Of a stretch of 57,270 bases of DNA, positions 12,719 to 22,321 are shown piece by piece; position 1 is the first letter of the stretch; every line of letters starts with the position of its first letter. The stretch lies in contig JALXAG010000139.1 in assembly GCA_026992315.1 (NCBI GenBank), positions 1 to 57,270 of the forward strand, written 5' to 3'. Position numbers and translations under genes: made by a program. The DNA comes from Sneathiellales bacterium. Lineage in GTDB: Bacteria; Pseudomonadota; Alphaproteobacteria; Minwuiales; Minwuiaceae. The notes under the pieces were generated by a model. It was not told the origin of the DNA. It made no database searches and was given only the letters and a program-made list of their open reading frames with translations.

Positions 12719-14188
12719 ATGACGGAACACGAAGCGGATAATCTTTTCAGCACGGCCCCGCCCGCCCGCGGCAGCAACGATCCGGCCTATTCGGTCAGCG
12801 AGATATCGGGGCGGCTGAAACGCGTGGTCGAGGACCAGTTCTCCCATGTCCGGGTACGCGGGGAGATCAGCGGCTATAAACGCGCCGCCTCCGGCCATGT
12901 CTATCTGACGCTGAAGGACGACAAGGCGGTGCTGGACGGGGTGTGCTGGCGCGGCGTGGCGGCACGGCTGAACTTCAAGCCCGAAGACGGGATGGAGGTG
13001 ATCTGCACCGGCAAGCTGACCACCTATGCCGGACGCTCGAAATACCAGATCGTCATCGAGAGGATGGAGCCGGCGGGCATCGGCGCCCTGCTGGCGCAGC
13101 TGGAGCGCCGCCGCAAGGCCCTGGCGGCGGAGGGGCTGTTCGATGCCGCGCGCAAGCGCCCGCTGCCTTTTCTGCCCCGTGTCATCGGTGTGGTCACATC
13201 GCCGACAGGGGCGGTGATTCGCGATATTCTCCATCGCCTTGCCGACCGGTTTCCCCGTCATGTGCTGCTTTATCCCGTGCCTGTGCAGGGCGAGGGGGCG
13301 GCGGAAAAGATCGCCGCGGCCATCCATGCCTTCAACCGGCTGGAAGATGGCGGCCCGGTGCCGAAACCCGATCTGATCATTGTCGCCCGCGGCGGCGGCA
13401 GCCTCGAGGATCTCTGGGCCTTCAACGAGGAAATCGTCGTTCGTGCCGCCGCCGATTCGCGTATTCCGCTGATTTCCGCCGTGGGTCATGAAACCGACAC
13501 GACGCTGATCGATTACGCCGCCGACCGCCGGGCGCCGACGCCGACGGCGGCTGCCGAAATCGCCGTGCCGGTACGTGGCGAACTGATCGCCCGTCTCAAG
13601 GAACTGGATCGGCGCCTTTATCAGGCAATCCGCAGCCGCCATGGCCGCGCGCGGGAACGGCTGGAGGGCATCGCCCGTGGGCTGCGCGATCCACGCCTGC
13701 GCCTGATGCAGCTTTCCCAGCGTCTCGACGATCTCGATGCCATGCTGCGGCGCTTTTTCCTGAGCGGGGCCGAACGGGCGCGGCAGCGCTTCGACAATCT
13801 GGCCGCGCGGCTGAGCAGCCGCCCCCTGGCCATGAACATCGCCCGTCAGCGCCAGGGCCTCGATCTTGCCGCGACGGCGCTGGATAAGGAAATGAGGCGT
13901 TCGCTTGTCGCCGCCGGCGACCGGCTTGCCGGGCTGGAACGGTTGCTGGAAGGCTATTCCTACCGCAGCACTTTGAAACGCGGCTTCACGGTGATCTGGC
14001 AGGAGGGGCGTGCCGTGCCCCGCCGCGCCGGCCTGGCGGCGGATCGTCCCTTCGAGGTCGAATTCGCCGATGGCCGCCTTGACGCAATACCGGCGGGTGC
14101 GGATGGTGGGGCGGGCAGAAAGCCGCCGCAACGTGTTCGGCGGAAACCGGCCGGCGGCGGTGACGGTTCGCAGGGCAGTCTTTTTTAG
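12719..14188 (+). CDS. xseA: exodeoxyribonuclease VII large subunit
   Basis: 489 aa. ..YSVSEISGRLKRVVEDQFSHVRVRGEISGYKRAASGHVYLTLKD.. (OB fold), then ..GVVTSPTGAVIRDILH.. and ..VARGGGSLEDLWAFNEE..SAVGHETDTTL... Confidence 0.95.
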   Translation: MTEHEADNLFSTAPPARGSNDPAYSVSEISGRLKRVVEDQFSHVRVRGEISGYKRAASGHVYLTLKDDKAVLDGVCWRGVAARLNFKPEDGMEVICTGKLTTYAGRSKYQIVIERMEPAGIGALLAQLERRRKALAAEGLFDAARKRPLPFLPRVIGVVTSPTGAVIRDILHRLADRFPRHVLLYPVPVQGEGAAEKIAAAIHAFNRLEDGGPVPKPDLIIVARGGGSLEDLWAFNEEIVVRAAADSRIPLISAVGHETDTTLIDYAADRRAPTPTAAAEIAVPVRGELIARLKELDRRLYQAIRSRHGRARERLEGIARGLRDPRLRLMQLSQRLDDLDAMLRRFFLSGAERARQRFDNLAARLSSRPLAMNIARQRQGLDLAATALDKEMRRSLVAAGDRLAGLERLLEGYSYRSTLKRGFTVIWQEGRAVPRRAGLAADRPFEVEFADGRLDAIPAGADGGAGRKPPQRVRRKPAGGGDGSQGSLF

Positions 14189-14215
14189 GGGTGGCGGGAG
14201 GAAGGATTTGGCGGC

Positions 14216-15046
14216 ATGCGGATGATAATGGCGGCGGCATGTGCCTGGATGCTGATCCTGACGGCATTTTCGTATCCGGCCCTGGCGGCGGGTCCCCTGC
14301 TACTGGAAGGGGACTTCACCCAGGGCGGGCTGGTCACGGGCAGGGCGCCGGGGGCGCGAAAAGTGCTGGTCGACGGGCGGAGCATCCGCATCGGTCCCGG
14401 CGGGGTGTTCGTATTCGGTTTCGGGCGCGATTTCGGCCCCCGCAGCGAGGTGGTGGTGGAATACGGCGATGGCAGCCGCAAGAGGCGCATCGTCAATGTA
14501 CAAAAGCGCCGCTACAAAACCCAGCGCATCGACGGCCTTGAGCCTGCCAAGGTGACGCCGCCGAAAAAGGTCTATGAACGCATCCGGGCGGAAAATGCCC
14601 GCATTGCCGCGGTGCGGGCGCTGGATACGCCGGAGGCCTTGTTCCTCAGCGGCTGGCAATGGCCGGTGAAGGGGCCGATCTCAGGCGTGTTCGGCAGTCA
14701 GCGTATTCTCAACGGCAAGCCGAAGCGTCCGCATTACGGCCTCGATATCGCCGCCCCTGCAGGCTCGCCGGTGGTGGCGCCTGCCGATGGTATCGTCCGC
14801 CTGGCGGAGAAGGATCTGTATTACACGGGGGGCACGGTCATGCTGGATCATGGTTTCGGCATCACCAGTGTTTATTCGCATATGCAGACCGTGACGGTGC
14901 AGGTCGGTCAGCGCCTGCGCAGGGGGGAGCAACTCGGCACCGTCGGGGCGACCGGTCGGGTGACCGGGCCGCATCTCGACTGGCGGGTCAACTGGTTTGG
15001 GGAGCGCCTCGACCCCGCTTTTCTGATCGGGCTGAAAACGCAGTAA
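14216..15046 (+). CDS. M23 family metallopeptidase (secreted)
   Basis: Signal-like N-terminus MRMIMAAACAWMLILTAFSYPALA. LytM motifs ..HYGLDIAAPAGSPVVAPADGIV.. and ..LDHGFGITSVYSHM..GATGRVTGPHLDW... Confidence 0.85.
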   Translation: MRMIMAAACAWMLILTAFSYPALAAGPLLLEGDFTQGGLVTGRAPGARKVLVDGRSIRIGPGGVFVFGFGRDFGPRSEVVVEYGDGSRKRRIVNVQKRRYKTQRIDGLEPAKVTPPKKVYERIRAENARIAAVRALDTPEALFLSGWQWPVKGPISGVFGSQRILNGKPKRPHYGLDIAAPAGSPVVAPADGIVRLAEKDLYYTGGTVMLDHGFGITSVYSHMQTVTVQVGQRLRRGEQLGTVGATGRVTGPHLDWRVNWFGERLDPAFLIGLKTQ

Positions 15047-15077
15047 GGGTGCCGGTATCGTAAGGGTGCCGGTATGG
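15044..15077. repeat. tandem 17-bp duplication TAAGGGTGCCGGTAT(CG/GG) at the convergent junction of the M23 and aminotransferase genes
   Basis: Read directly: 15044-15060 and 15061-15077 share 15 identical leading bases. The first copy contains the M23 stop codon. Confidence 0.9.
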
Positions 15078-15082
15078 GGGCT

Positions 15083-16465
15083 TTATCCTTTCCTTTTGAA
15101 CTGTAGCTCCTCGTGGATTTCATCCAGTGCCAGGGCGAAGGAATCGAACATGGCATCGATTTCTTCTTCCGTAATGATCAGCGGCGGACAGAAGGCGATC
15201 GAATCGCCGAGCGCCCTGTGCAGCAGGCCATGGCGCTGGCTGGCGGCAACGACCCGGGCGCCGATGCCTTCGGCGGGATCGAAGGGGCGGCGGCTGTCCT
15301 TATCCGCCACCAGTTCGACCGCGCCGATAAGGCCGATGCCGCGCACCTCCCCGACCAGCGGGTGATCGGCGAATGCCCGCAGGCGCTGCTGAAAACGGGG
15401 CATGACCGCCCGCACATGGCCCAGCAGATCGCGTTCCTCCATCAGCGATAGGGTGCGCAAGGCGACAGCGGCGGCGGTGGGGTGGCCGGAATAGGTGAAG
15501 CCGTGACCGAACAGGCCGAGCCTGCGGCTCTGATCGACGAAGGCCTGGTACATCTTCTCCGGCAGCAGAACGGCCGCGATCGGCATATAGGCCGATGAAA
15601 GCTGCTTGGCGCAGGTCAGAATGTCGGGGCGGATGTCGAAGCTGTCGCAGCCCCACATATTGCCGGTGCGTCCGAAGCCGCAGATCACTTCATCGGCGAC
15701 CAGCAGAATATCGTATTTGTCCAGCACCTTGCGGATCGCCGGGAAATAACCTTCGGGCGGCAGAATGACCCCGCCTGCCCCCATGACCGGTTCGGCGAAA
15801 AAGGCGGCGACGGTCTCAGGCCCTTCCTCCAGAATCAGTTCTTCCAGCTCCGCGGCCAGGCGGGCGGTGAATTCCGCCTCGCTTTCGCCCGCCCTGGCGT
15901 TGCGGTAGTAATGCGGGCTGCCGGTGCGCAGGATGCGGCCGACGGGCAGGTCGAAATCGTTCTGCACCACCGGCAGGCCGGTCAGGCTGCCGGCCATGAC
16001 GGTGACGCCGTGATAGGCGCGTTCGCGGGCGATGATCTTCTTCTTTTCCGGCTTGCCACGGGCATTGTTGTAATACCAGACCAGCTTGACCACCGTGTCA
16101 TTGGCTTCCGAACCCGAATTGGTGAAGAAGACATGGGAGAATTCGCCCGGCGCGATGGCCTTCAGCCTTTCGGCCAGCTCGATACTGGGGGGGGAGGATT
16201 TGTGCCCGAAGCCATGATAATAGGGCAGGCGGCGCATCTGATCGACGGCCGCCTTTATCAGCTCTTCCTCGCCGAAGCCGAAGGAGGCGCACCACAGACC
16301 GGCCAGCCCCTCGATATAGCGCCGCCCGGCGGTGTCGTAGACATGAACGCCCTGCCCGCGATCGACGATCAGGGGGCCGGTTTCCTCATGCAGGGCCAGG
16401 TTGGTGAAGGGATGCAGCAGGCTGGCGATGTCGCGCGCGCCCTGATTGTCGATATTTCCGCCCAT
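15083..16465 (-). CDS. class-III (omega) aminotransferase, putrescine/beta-alanine--pyruvate aminotransferase-like
   Basis: 460 aa. ..FTNSGSEANDT.., ..LLVADEVICGFGRTG.. and ..DILTCAKQLSS.. (PLP lysine motif). Confidence 0.9.
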   Translation of the reverse strand: MGGNIDNQGARDIASLLHPFTNLALHEETGPLIVDRGQGVHVYDTAGRRYIEGLAGLWCASFGFGEEELIKAAVDQMRRLPYYHGFGHKSSPPSIELAERLKAIAPGEFSHVFFTNSGSEANDTVVKLVWYYNNARGKPEKKKIIARERAYHGVTVMAGSLTGLPVVQNDFDLPVGRILRTGSPHYYRNARAGESEAEFTARLAAELEELILEEGPETVAAFFAEPVMGAGGVILPPEGYFPAIRKVLDKYDILLVADEVICGFGRTGNMWGCDSFDIRPDILTCAKQLSSAYMPIAAVLLPEKMYQAFVDQSRRLGLFGHGFTYSGHPTAAAVALRTLSLMEERDLLGHVRAVMPRFQQRLRAFADHPLVGEVRGIGLIGAVELVADKDSRRPFDPAEGIGARVVAASQRHGLLHRALGDSIAFCPPLIITEEEIDAMFDSFALALDEIHEELQFKRKG

Positions 16466-16542
16466 GGTCGCCTTCCGTCGATCGATGACCTATCATCCTT
16501 CTGCCCGGGGCAGCAGTTGCGCCGACTGTAGCAGGGGGAAGG

Positions 16543-17460
16543 ATGAAAACGGAACAGAAAACGACGGAAGCGCCGGATGGCGCGGTATTGGCGTGGCGTC
16601 TGTGGCGGCCCGAAGGCGGGCAGGTGCGGGGCGTGATGCAGATATGTCATGGCATGGCCGAACATGGCGGGCGCTATGAACGCCTGGCCCGCCGCCTGAT
16701 CGCCGATGGTTTCGCCGTGGCGGCGGCGGATATGCGCGGCCATGGCCTGACAGCCGGTCCCCGGGGGCATCTGGCAGACCGGGACGGCTGGCGCCTTGCG
16801 GTGGATGATGTTGCGCTTCTGGCCGGAGAGCTGAACCGTGAATTTCCCTCATTGCCGCTATTCCTGTTCGGACATTCCATGGGATCGTTCATTGTTCAGG
16901 ATGCCCTAACCTCTCATGCGGGGCGCTGGCGGGGGGCGATACTTTCCGCCACCAGCGGCAGGCCGCCCGCCCTTGCGGTCTTGGGCCGGCTGCTGGCGCG
17001 GTTCGAACGGATGCGCCTTGGCCCGCGCGGGACAAGCGCCCTGATGCGGCGGATGAGCTTCGATGATTTCAACCGCGCCTTTCGGCCCAACCGCACGGCT
17101 TTCGACTGGTTGTCCCGCGATGAGGCGGAGGTCGATGCCTATATCGCCGATCCGTTCTGCGGCTTCGACTGCACCGTTCAGCTGTGGATCGACATGCTCG
17201 ATGCCCTGGGAGGGTTGAGCCGCCCGGAACGTCTCGCCATGCTGGCAAACGATCTGCCGGTGCTGCTGATTGCGGGAAGCCGCGATCCGGTATCGGCGGG
17301 CGGGCGGGGCACCCGGACCCTGGCCGACGCCTATCGCAAGGCGGGGCTGGACGATGTGACGGTGAAAATCTACGATGGCGGCCGTCATGAATTACTGAAT
17401 GAAACCAACCGGGAAGAGGTGATGGCCGATATCGCCCATTGGTGCGGGACGCATTTGTGA
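16543..17460 (+). CDS. alpha/beta hydrolase (lysophospholipase/monoglyceride lipase-like)
   Basis: 305 aa. ..ICHGMAEHGGRYERLA.. and the nucleophile elbow ..LFGHSMGSF... Confidence 0.8.
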   Translation: MKTEQKTTEAPDGAVLAWRLWRPEGGQVRGVMQICHGMAEHGGRYERLARRLIADGFAVAAADMRGHGLTAGPRGHLADRDGWRLAVDDVALLAGELNREFPSLPLFLFGHSMGSFIVQDALTSHAGRWRGAILSATSGRPPALAVLGRLLARFERMRLGPRGTSALMRRMSFDDFNRAFRPNRTAFDWLSRDEAEVDAYIADPFCGFDCTVQLWIDMLDALGGLSRPERLAMLANDLPVLLIAGSRDPVSAGGRGTRTLADAYRKAGLDDVTVKIYDGGRHELLNETNREEVMADIAHWCGTHL

Positions 17461-17542
17461 GCTTTTCGCTCCCGCCGTACCGGTAAGGAATAAAGACCTG
17501 CAATGACGGGCCACGGGATGTGCAGCCTTAAGGGAGAATAAG

Positions 17543-19186
17543 ATGCTGAAGGGACTGATTCAGGAACGGCCGCTGCTGATTTCCTCATTGATCGATTTCG
17601 CTGCCGATTATCATGGCGATACGGAAATCGTCAGCCGGACGATCGAGGGACCGATACATCGCTATACCTATGCCGATGCCCGCTTGCGGGCCAAGAAGCT
17701 GGCGCAGGCGCTGATCGGCAAGCTGGGTGTGGAACCGGGCGATCGCATCGGTACCCTGGCCTGGAACGGCTACCGGCATTTCGAGATCTGGTATGCGGTC
17801 TCCGGCATGGGGGCCGTGTGCCACACCATCAATCCCCGTCTGTTTCCGGAGCAGATCGCCTATATCGTCAATCATGCCGAGGACAAGTATCTTTTCGTCG
17901 ATCTGACCTTCGTGCCGCTGCTGGAAGCGCTGGCCCCGTCCCTTTCTTCGGTCAGGGGTTATGTCATCATGACCGACGAAGCCCATATGCCGGAGACCAC
18001 TCTGGCGAACGCCATCTGCTATGAAACCCTGATTGCCGATTGCGACGGCGATTACGTCTGGCCCGAATTCGATGAAATGACGGCTTCCTCCCTTTGCTAT
18101 ACCTCGGGCACCACCGGCAACCCGAAGGGCGTGCTTTATGCCCATCGTTCGACGGTGCTGCACAGTTTCTGCGTCTGTTCGGTCGACGGGCTGGGGCTGG
18201 GCAGCCACGATACGCTGATGCCCGTGGTGCCGATGTTCCACGCCAATGCCTGGGGCACGCCCTATGCGGCGGCGATGTGCGGGGCCAAGATCGTGTTTCC
18301 CGGCGCGGCGATGGACGGGGCCTCGATCTACGAACTGCTCGATACCGAGGGGGTGACCCTGACCGCGGCGGTGCCGACGGTATGGCTGATGCTGATGCAG
18401 CATCTGGCCAGGAACGATCAACTGACCCTCGATGCCCTGGAAAAGGTCGTCATCGGCGGTTCGGCGGCACCGCAATCGATGATCGAACTGTTCGAAACCC
18501 GTTACGATACCCGTGTCATCCATGCCTGGGGCATGACGGAGATGAGCCCGCTCGGCACCACCGGCAATCTCAAGGCCAAGCACAAGGACCTGTCCTTTGA
18601 GGAGAAAATCGCCGTTCAGGTCAAGCAGGGGCGGGCGGTCTACGGTGTCGAAATGAAGATCACCGATGACGAGGGTAACGAGCTGCCGCGCGATGGCAAA
18701 ACCTTCGGTCACCTGATGGTGCGCGGCCCGTGGATCACCAGCGGTTATTTCAAGGGCGATGGCGGCAATGTGCTGGATGAGGACGGCTTCTTCGATACCG
18801 GCGATGTCGCGACCCTGGATCCGGACGGTTACATGCAGATCACCGACCGGGCCAAGGATGTGATCAAATCGGGCGGCGAATGGATCAGCTCGATCGATCT
18901 GGAAAATGCCGCGGTCGATCATCCGGAGGTGGCCGAGGCGGCGGTGATCGGTGTCAAACACCCGAAATGGGACGAACGGCCCCTGCTGCTGGTGGTCCGC
19001 ACCGAAGGCTCAACGGTGGATGCGGAAGCCATTCTCGATCATCTCAGATCGCGCGTTGCCAAATGGTGGCTCCCTGACGATGTGGTTTTTGTCGACGAAC
19101 TGCCGCATACGGCAACCGGCAAGCTGCTGAAAACCAAGCTGCGCGATGAATACGGCGATTATCTGATGCAGCGCCAAGCCGGCTGA
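17543..19186 (+). CDS. long-chain-fatty-acid--CoA ligase (AMP-binding family)
   Basis: 547 aa. AMP-binding motif ..[12 protein letters not shown].., ..GWGMTE.., ..[32 protein letters not shown].. and ..[10 protein letters not shown]... Confidence 0.9.
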   Translation: MLKGLIQERPLLISSLIDFAADYHGDTEIVSRTIEGPIHRYTYADARLRAKKLAQALIGKLGVEPGDRIGTLAWNGYRHFEIWYAVSGMGAVCHTINPRLFPEQIAYIVNHAEDKYLFVDLTFVPLLEALAPSLSSVRGYVIMTDEAHMPETTLANAICYETLIADCDGDYVWPEFDEMTASSLCYTSGTTGNPKGVLYAHRSTVLHSFCVCSVDGLGLGSHDTLMPVVPMFHANAWGTPYAAAMCGAKIVFPGAAMDGASIYELLDTEGVTLTAAVPTVWLMLMQHLARNDQLTLDALEKVVIGGSAAPQSMIELFETRYDTRVIHAWGMTEMSPLGTTGNLKAKHKDLSFEEKIAVQVKQGRAVYGVEMKITDDEGNELPRDGKTFGHLMVRGPWITSGYFKGDGGNVLDEDGFFDTGDVATLDPDGYMQITDRAKDVIKSGGEWISSIDLENAAVDHPEVAEAAVIGVKHPKWDERPLLLVVRTEGSTVDAEAILDHLRSRVAKWWLPDDVVFVDELPHTATGKLLKTKLRDEYGDYLMQRQAG

Positions 19187-19338
19187 AAGCCATTTAACAT
19201 GCAATGATTATGACGGCGGGTCGCCGGCGGGATGCGGAGGCATTCCGCCAGTGCCTTCGGGCAGCCCGATCTTGTTGCCGCTGCTTTTTGACGATAAGCT
19301 GGCTGCAATTATAAGTTTAGAAACGGCAGAGGGGCAGG

Positions 19339-19857
19339 ATGCGGCTTTTATCCATGCGCAGTACCCTTATCGAGAGGCAGGATCAGGAAACATTTTGGCA
19401 GAATCTTGTTTCTTTGTGGGATGAACTGCGCGGGGAGGATCGGGCAATGCCGGCCCGCAGCGATTTTACCCCGGAACGCTTCCGTTCCTATCTCGGCCGT
19501 CTGTGTTTTATCGAGGTTTCCTGTGACGGGAATGGCCAAGCCGCTTTCGTTTACCGTGTTGCCGGCACGCATGTGGCCGAGCAGACGGGCCTCGAGATGA
19601 CGGGCAAGGACCTGAGCAACATTTCTCCCAAAATGTATCGGGAGGGGGTGCGCGCGGATTTTATGGAAGTCGTCGAGAAAAAAATTCCGATCCTGAAAGA
19701 AATAATATTGGTCAGCGACGAAGAAAAAGTATCGTATCAGCGCATGACATTGCCTTTTTCAGACGATGGAACGCAGGTTACATATCTTCTTACTTGCGCT
19801 AAAGGAATAAGACCTATCGCAGATTTTCTTGAAAAACTTCACCTTTCTGAGGCGTGA
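19339..19857 (+). CDS. PAS_5 (DUF1457)-type PAS domain protein, paralog 1
   Basis: 172 aa. ..MPARSDFTPERFRSYLGRLCFIEV..FVYRVAGTHV..GLEMTGKDL..VSYQRMTLPFSDDG.. matches my recollection of the about 170-aa alphaproteobacterial PAS_5 family. The 3' half is visibly AT-richer. Confidence 0.6.
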   Translation: MRLLSMRSTLIERQDQETFWQNLVSLWDELRGEDRAMPARSDFTPERFRSYLGRLCFIEVSCDGNGQAAFVYRVAGTHVAEQTGLEMTGKDLSNISPKMYREGVRADFMEVVEKKIPILKEIILVSDEEKVSYQRMTLPFSDDGTQVTYLLTCAKGIRPIADFLEKLHLSEA

Positions 19858-19940
19858 CTTTGCAGTTTTGCTGTTTGCCTTTATAAAAAAGCTTTCATCG
19901 TAGTAGATGCCCATGCGGTGTAGGGCTGGGGGGAGATGCT

Positions 19941-20462
19941 TTGATTGCCATAACGAGCCGGGTGATCGATGACTGGCAGGAGGACGATTTCTGGACGGAT
20001 GTTCATGCCCGTTGGCTGAAGCTGGCTGCGGGCCGGAATATGCCTGAAAGGCAGGACTTCAGGCCGGAGGAATTTTCGCCCTATCTCGGCTGGTTGTCCT
20101 TCATTTCGGTCCTGCGTGAGGGCGATGGCCGGTACGATTTTCATTTCCGGGTCGGCGGGACGGAGATTGTTTTATCCCTCGGTTATGAGATGACCGGAAA
20201 AAGCATCGATGCGATCGAACCGCCGCCCTATAGAGAGGAAATCCGCAAACATTACATGGCGGTGGTGGAGAAGGCAGCGCCAATGCTTTTCGACCTTACC
20301 CTTACGGAAACTGGCGCTCCGGTCGGCAGCGGCAAGCCTGTTTCCTACCAACGGATGAGCCTTCCCTTCGGCACGAATGATGAGGGTGTGACACATCTGC
20401 TGAATTGCAGCCGCGGCATGCCGGAAATTGGGGAAATCCTGCGCCGCTGCACGCAGGGTTAG
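19941..20462 (+). CDS. PAS_5 (DUF1457)-type PAS domain protein, paralog 2
   Basis: TTG start preceded by GGGGGGAG. 173 aa, collinear with paralog 1 (..MPERQDFRPEEFSPYLGWLSFISV..FHFRVGGTEI..GYEMTGKSI..VSYQRMSLPFG..). Confidence 0.6.
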   Translation: MIAITSRVIDDWQEDDFWTDVHARWLKLAAGRNMPERQDFRPEEFSPYLGWLSFISVLREGDGRYDFHFRVGGTEIVLSLGYEMTGKSIDAIEPPPYREEIRKHYMAVVEKAAPMLFDLTLTETGAPVGSGKPVSYQRMSLPFGTNDEGVTHLLNCSRGMPEIGEILRRCTQG

Positions 20463-20506
20463 CGCTGCCTTCCCTTATCAGGCCAGCCCCTCGAACCGGG
20501 TTCGTA

Positions 20507-21397
20507 TTATTTCCGATATTTCCTGAAGGCGTCGGTCAGGGTGTAAGCCCCGTGGTTTTCGTCCACCAGGCCTTCCTGTTGCAGTTTGCGCAGATGGGCC
20601 AGGACCGATCGTTCCGCCGCCGGGTGCATCATCCTGGGCAGATCCGGGTAGGCGGCTTCCACCATCGCCGGGATTGCCGATATTCCCTGCCCCAGCAGGT
20701 CGAGCAATTGTGCCTCCCGCTGCAGGCGGTGCTGGCGCAGGGCGCGAATGTGCTCATGGGCATTTTCTATGGGTGCGCCATGTGTCGGGTAATAGAGGCT
20801 TTCGGGCCGCGCCTCCAGCTTGTCGAGGGATTGCATATAGGCGGCCATGTCGCCGTCGGGCGGGGAAACGATGGTGGTCGACCAACCCATGACATGATCG
20901 CCCGGAAACAGGATATTCCGCTCAGCCCAGGCAAAGCACAAATGCGTGGCAGTGTGCCCCGGCGTATGTACGGCCTCCAGCGCCCAGCCCGGCCCCTCGA
21001 TGCGGTCGCCGTCCTGCAGAATGCGGTCCGGGCAATAGCCGATGTCGTGCTCTTCTTCATGCGAGGGGCCGATGGCGGCCGGGGCCGGCGCGCAGCCCAG
21101 AACGATGGCATCCGTATGTTTTTTCAGCGGTACTGCCAGCGGCGCATGATCGCCATGGGTGTGCGTGACGAAGATATGGGTGATCCGCTCCCCCTTTGTG
21201 GCGGCGAGAATGGCGGCGAGGTGATCGTCGAGCAGCGGGCCGGGATCGATGATCGCAACCTCGCCCCGGCCGATGATATAGGTGCCGGTGCCATGAAAGG
21301 TGAAGGGGCCGGGATTGCGGGCAATGACCCGGCGCAGGCCGGGGGCGAGTTCGTCGGCCTCGCCATAGGTGAAATCCAATTCGCGGTTGAATTTCAT
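20507..21397 (-). CDS. MBL-fold metallo-hydrolase
   Basis: 296 aa. ..IFVTHTHGDHAPL.. (HxHxDH), ..AVHTPGHTATH.. and ..FPGDHVMG... 4-nt overlap with the upstream GST gene. Confidence 0.85.
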   Translation of the reverse strand: MKFNRELDFTYGEADELAPGLRRVIARNPGPFTFHGTGTYIIGRGEVAIIDPGPLLDDHLAAILAATKGERITHIFVTHTHGDHAPLAVPLKKHTDAIVLGCAPAPAAIGPSHEEEHDIGYCPDRILQDGDRIEGPGWALEAVHTPGHTATHLCFAWAERNILFPGDHVMGWSTTIVSPPDGDMAAYMQSLDKLEARPESLYYPTHGAPIENAHEHIRALRQHRLQREAQLLDLLGQGISAIPAMVEAAYPDLPRMMHPAAERSVLAHLRKLQQEGLVDENHGAYTLTDAFRKYRK

Positions 21398-22020
21398 TGC
21401 CGGGGTTCCTGTGCGGTGATCTGTTTCATGGTGCGCAAACGTGGTAAAGCTTCCATCCGGTCGATCCAGCGCCGGATGGCGGGATAGGGGCTGAGGGAAA
21501 AGCCGCCTTCATCGGCTACATGCGTATAGGCGAACAGGGCGATATCGGCGATGCCGGGTGCATCTCCGGTAAAGAAGTCATGGGTTTGCAAATGGCTCTC
21601 CATGACCTTCAGCGCCGCTTCCCCGCCACTGCGGCGGTCGGCTATTTCCCGGGCGAAGCGATCCGCCTGGCCGAGCAGGGTGATCCAGTAGCGCGATGTG
21701 GCGATGAACGGTTCGTGGCTGTATTGTTCGAAGAACATCCATTGCAGCATGCGCGCCCGTTCAAGGCGTCCTTCGGGAATCCAGCTGCTGCCTTCGGCAA
21801 GGTAAAAGAGGATGGCATTGGATTCGCAAAGATAATCGCCGTCCGGGGTTTGCAAAACCGGAATGCGCCCGTTGGGATTTTTCGCCAGAAATTCCGGCTG
21901 GCGGCTTTCCCCCTTGAAGATATCGATAAACTGCCATTGGTGAGGGATTTCCAGCAGATCCATCAGCGCCTTTATCTTGTAGCAGTTACCGGAACGAAGA
22001 TCGCCATAGACGGTGTACAT
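21394..22020 (-). CDS. glutathione S-transferase
   Basis: 208 aa. ..SGNCYKIKALMDLLEIPH..NPNGRIPVLQTPDG..LCESNAILFYLAE.. is the thioredoxin-like GST N-domain. Confidence 0.9.
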   Translation of the reverse strand: MYTVYGDLRSGNCYKIKALMDLLEIPHQWQFIDIFKGESRQPEFLAKNPNGRIPVLQTPDGDYLCESNAILFYLAEGSSWIPEGRLERARMLQWMFFEQYSHEPFIATSRYWITLLGQADRFAREIADRRSGGEAALKVMESHLQTHDFFTGDAPGIADIALFAYTHVADEGGFSLSPYPAIRRWIDRMEALPRLRTMKQITAQEPRQ

Positions 22021-22058
22021 GAAATATCTCTTCTGGTCGTTTTTAGGACCCGGTTCTT

Positions 22059-22086
22059 AAAAAAAGGGGCGAAAAATCATCGCCCC
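22059..22086 (-). terminator. intrinsic terminator-like hairpin (GGGGCG-9 nt-CGCCCC + U7) on the minus strand, 38 nt upstream of the GST start codon (leader attenuator or sRNA 3' end)
   Basis: Read directly. The minus strand reads GGGGCGAUGAUUUUUCGCCCCUUUUUUU. No minus-strand CDS lies upstream that it could terminate. Confidence 0.5.
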
Positions 22087-22164
22087 GGAAGGTCATGACG
22101 ATGAAATTTCAGAAAGGGTATTTGCAAAATGCATAATTAACCGGGACCTCACTTCGATGTTCCG

Positions 22165-22193
22165 ATCCTAACCATTCGCTTCCGCATTGTAAA
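22165..22193 (-). promoter_or_regulatory. candidate sigma70-type promoter TTTACA-N17-TAGGAT (minus strand) feeding the leader/terminator upstream of the GST gene
   Basis: Reverse complement of 22165-22193. It sits back-to-back with the candidate liv promoter. Confidence 0.3.
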
Positions 22194-22223
22194 TTGACCC
22201 GGCTTTACGGGCATGGTTATACT
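22194..22223 (+). promoter_or_regulatory. candidate sigma70-type promoter TTGACC-N18-TATACT for the liv-like ABC operon
   Basis: Read directly, about 75-100 nt upstream of the first permease gene. Confidence 0.3.
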
Positions 22224-22321
22224 GCCGAACGTCCGTTAGGGAGATCCCTGCACAAAAATAACGACAGCAGGGAGCGGGAGATTCAGGGGAGGCCGCGCTG
22301 ATCGAACTGATCCAGCTAGCC

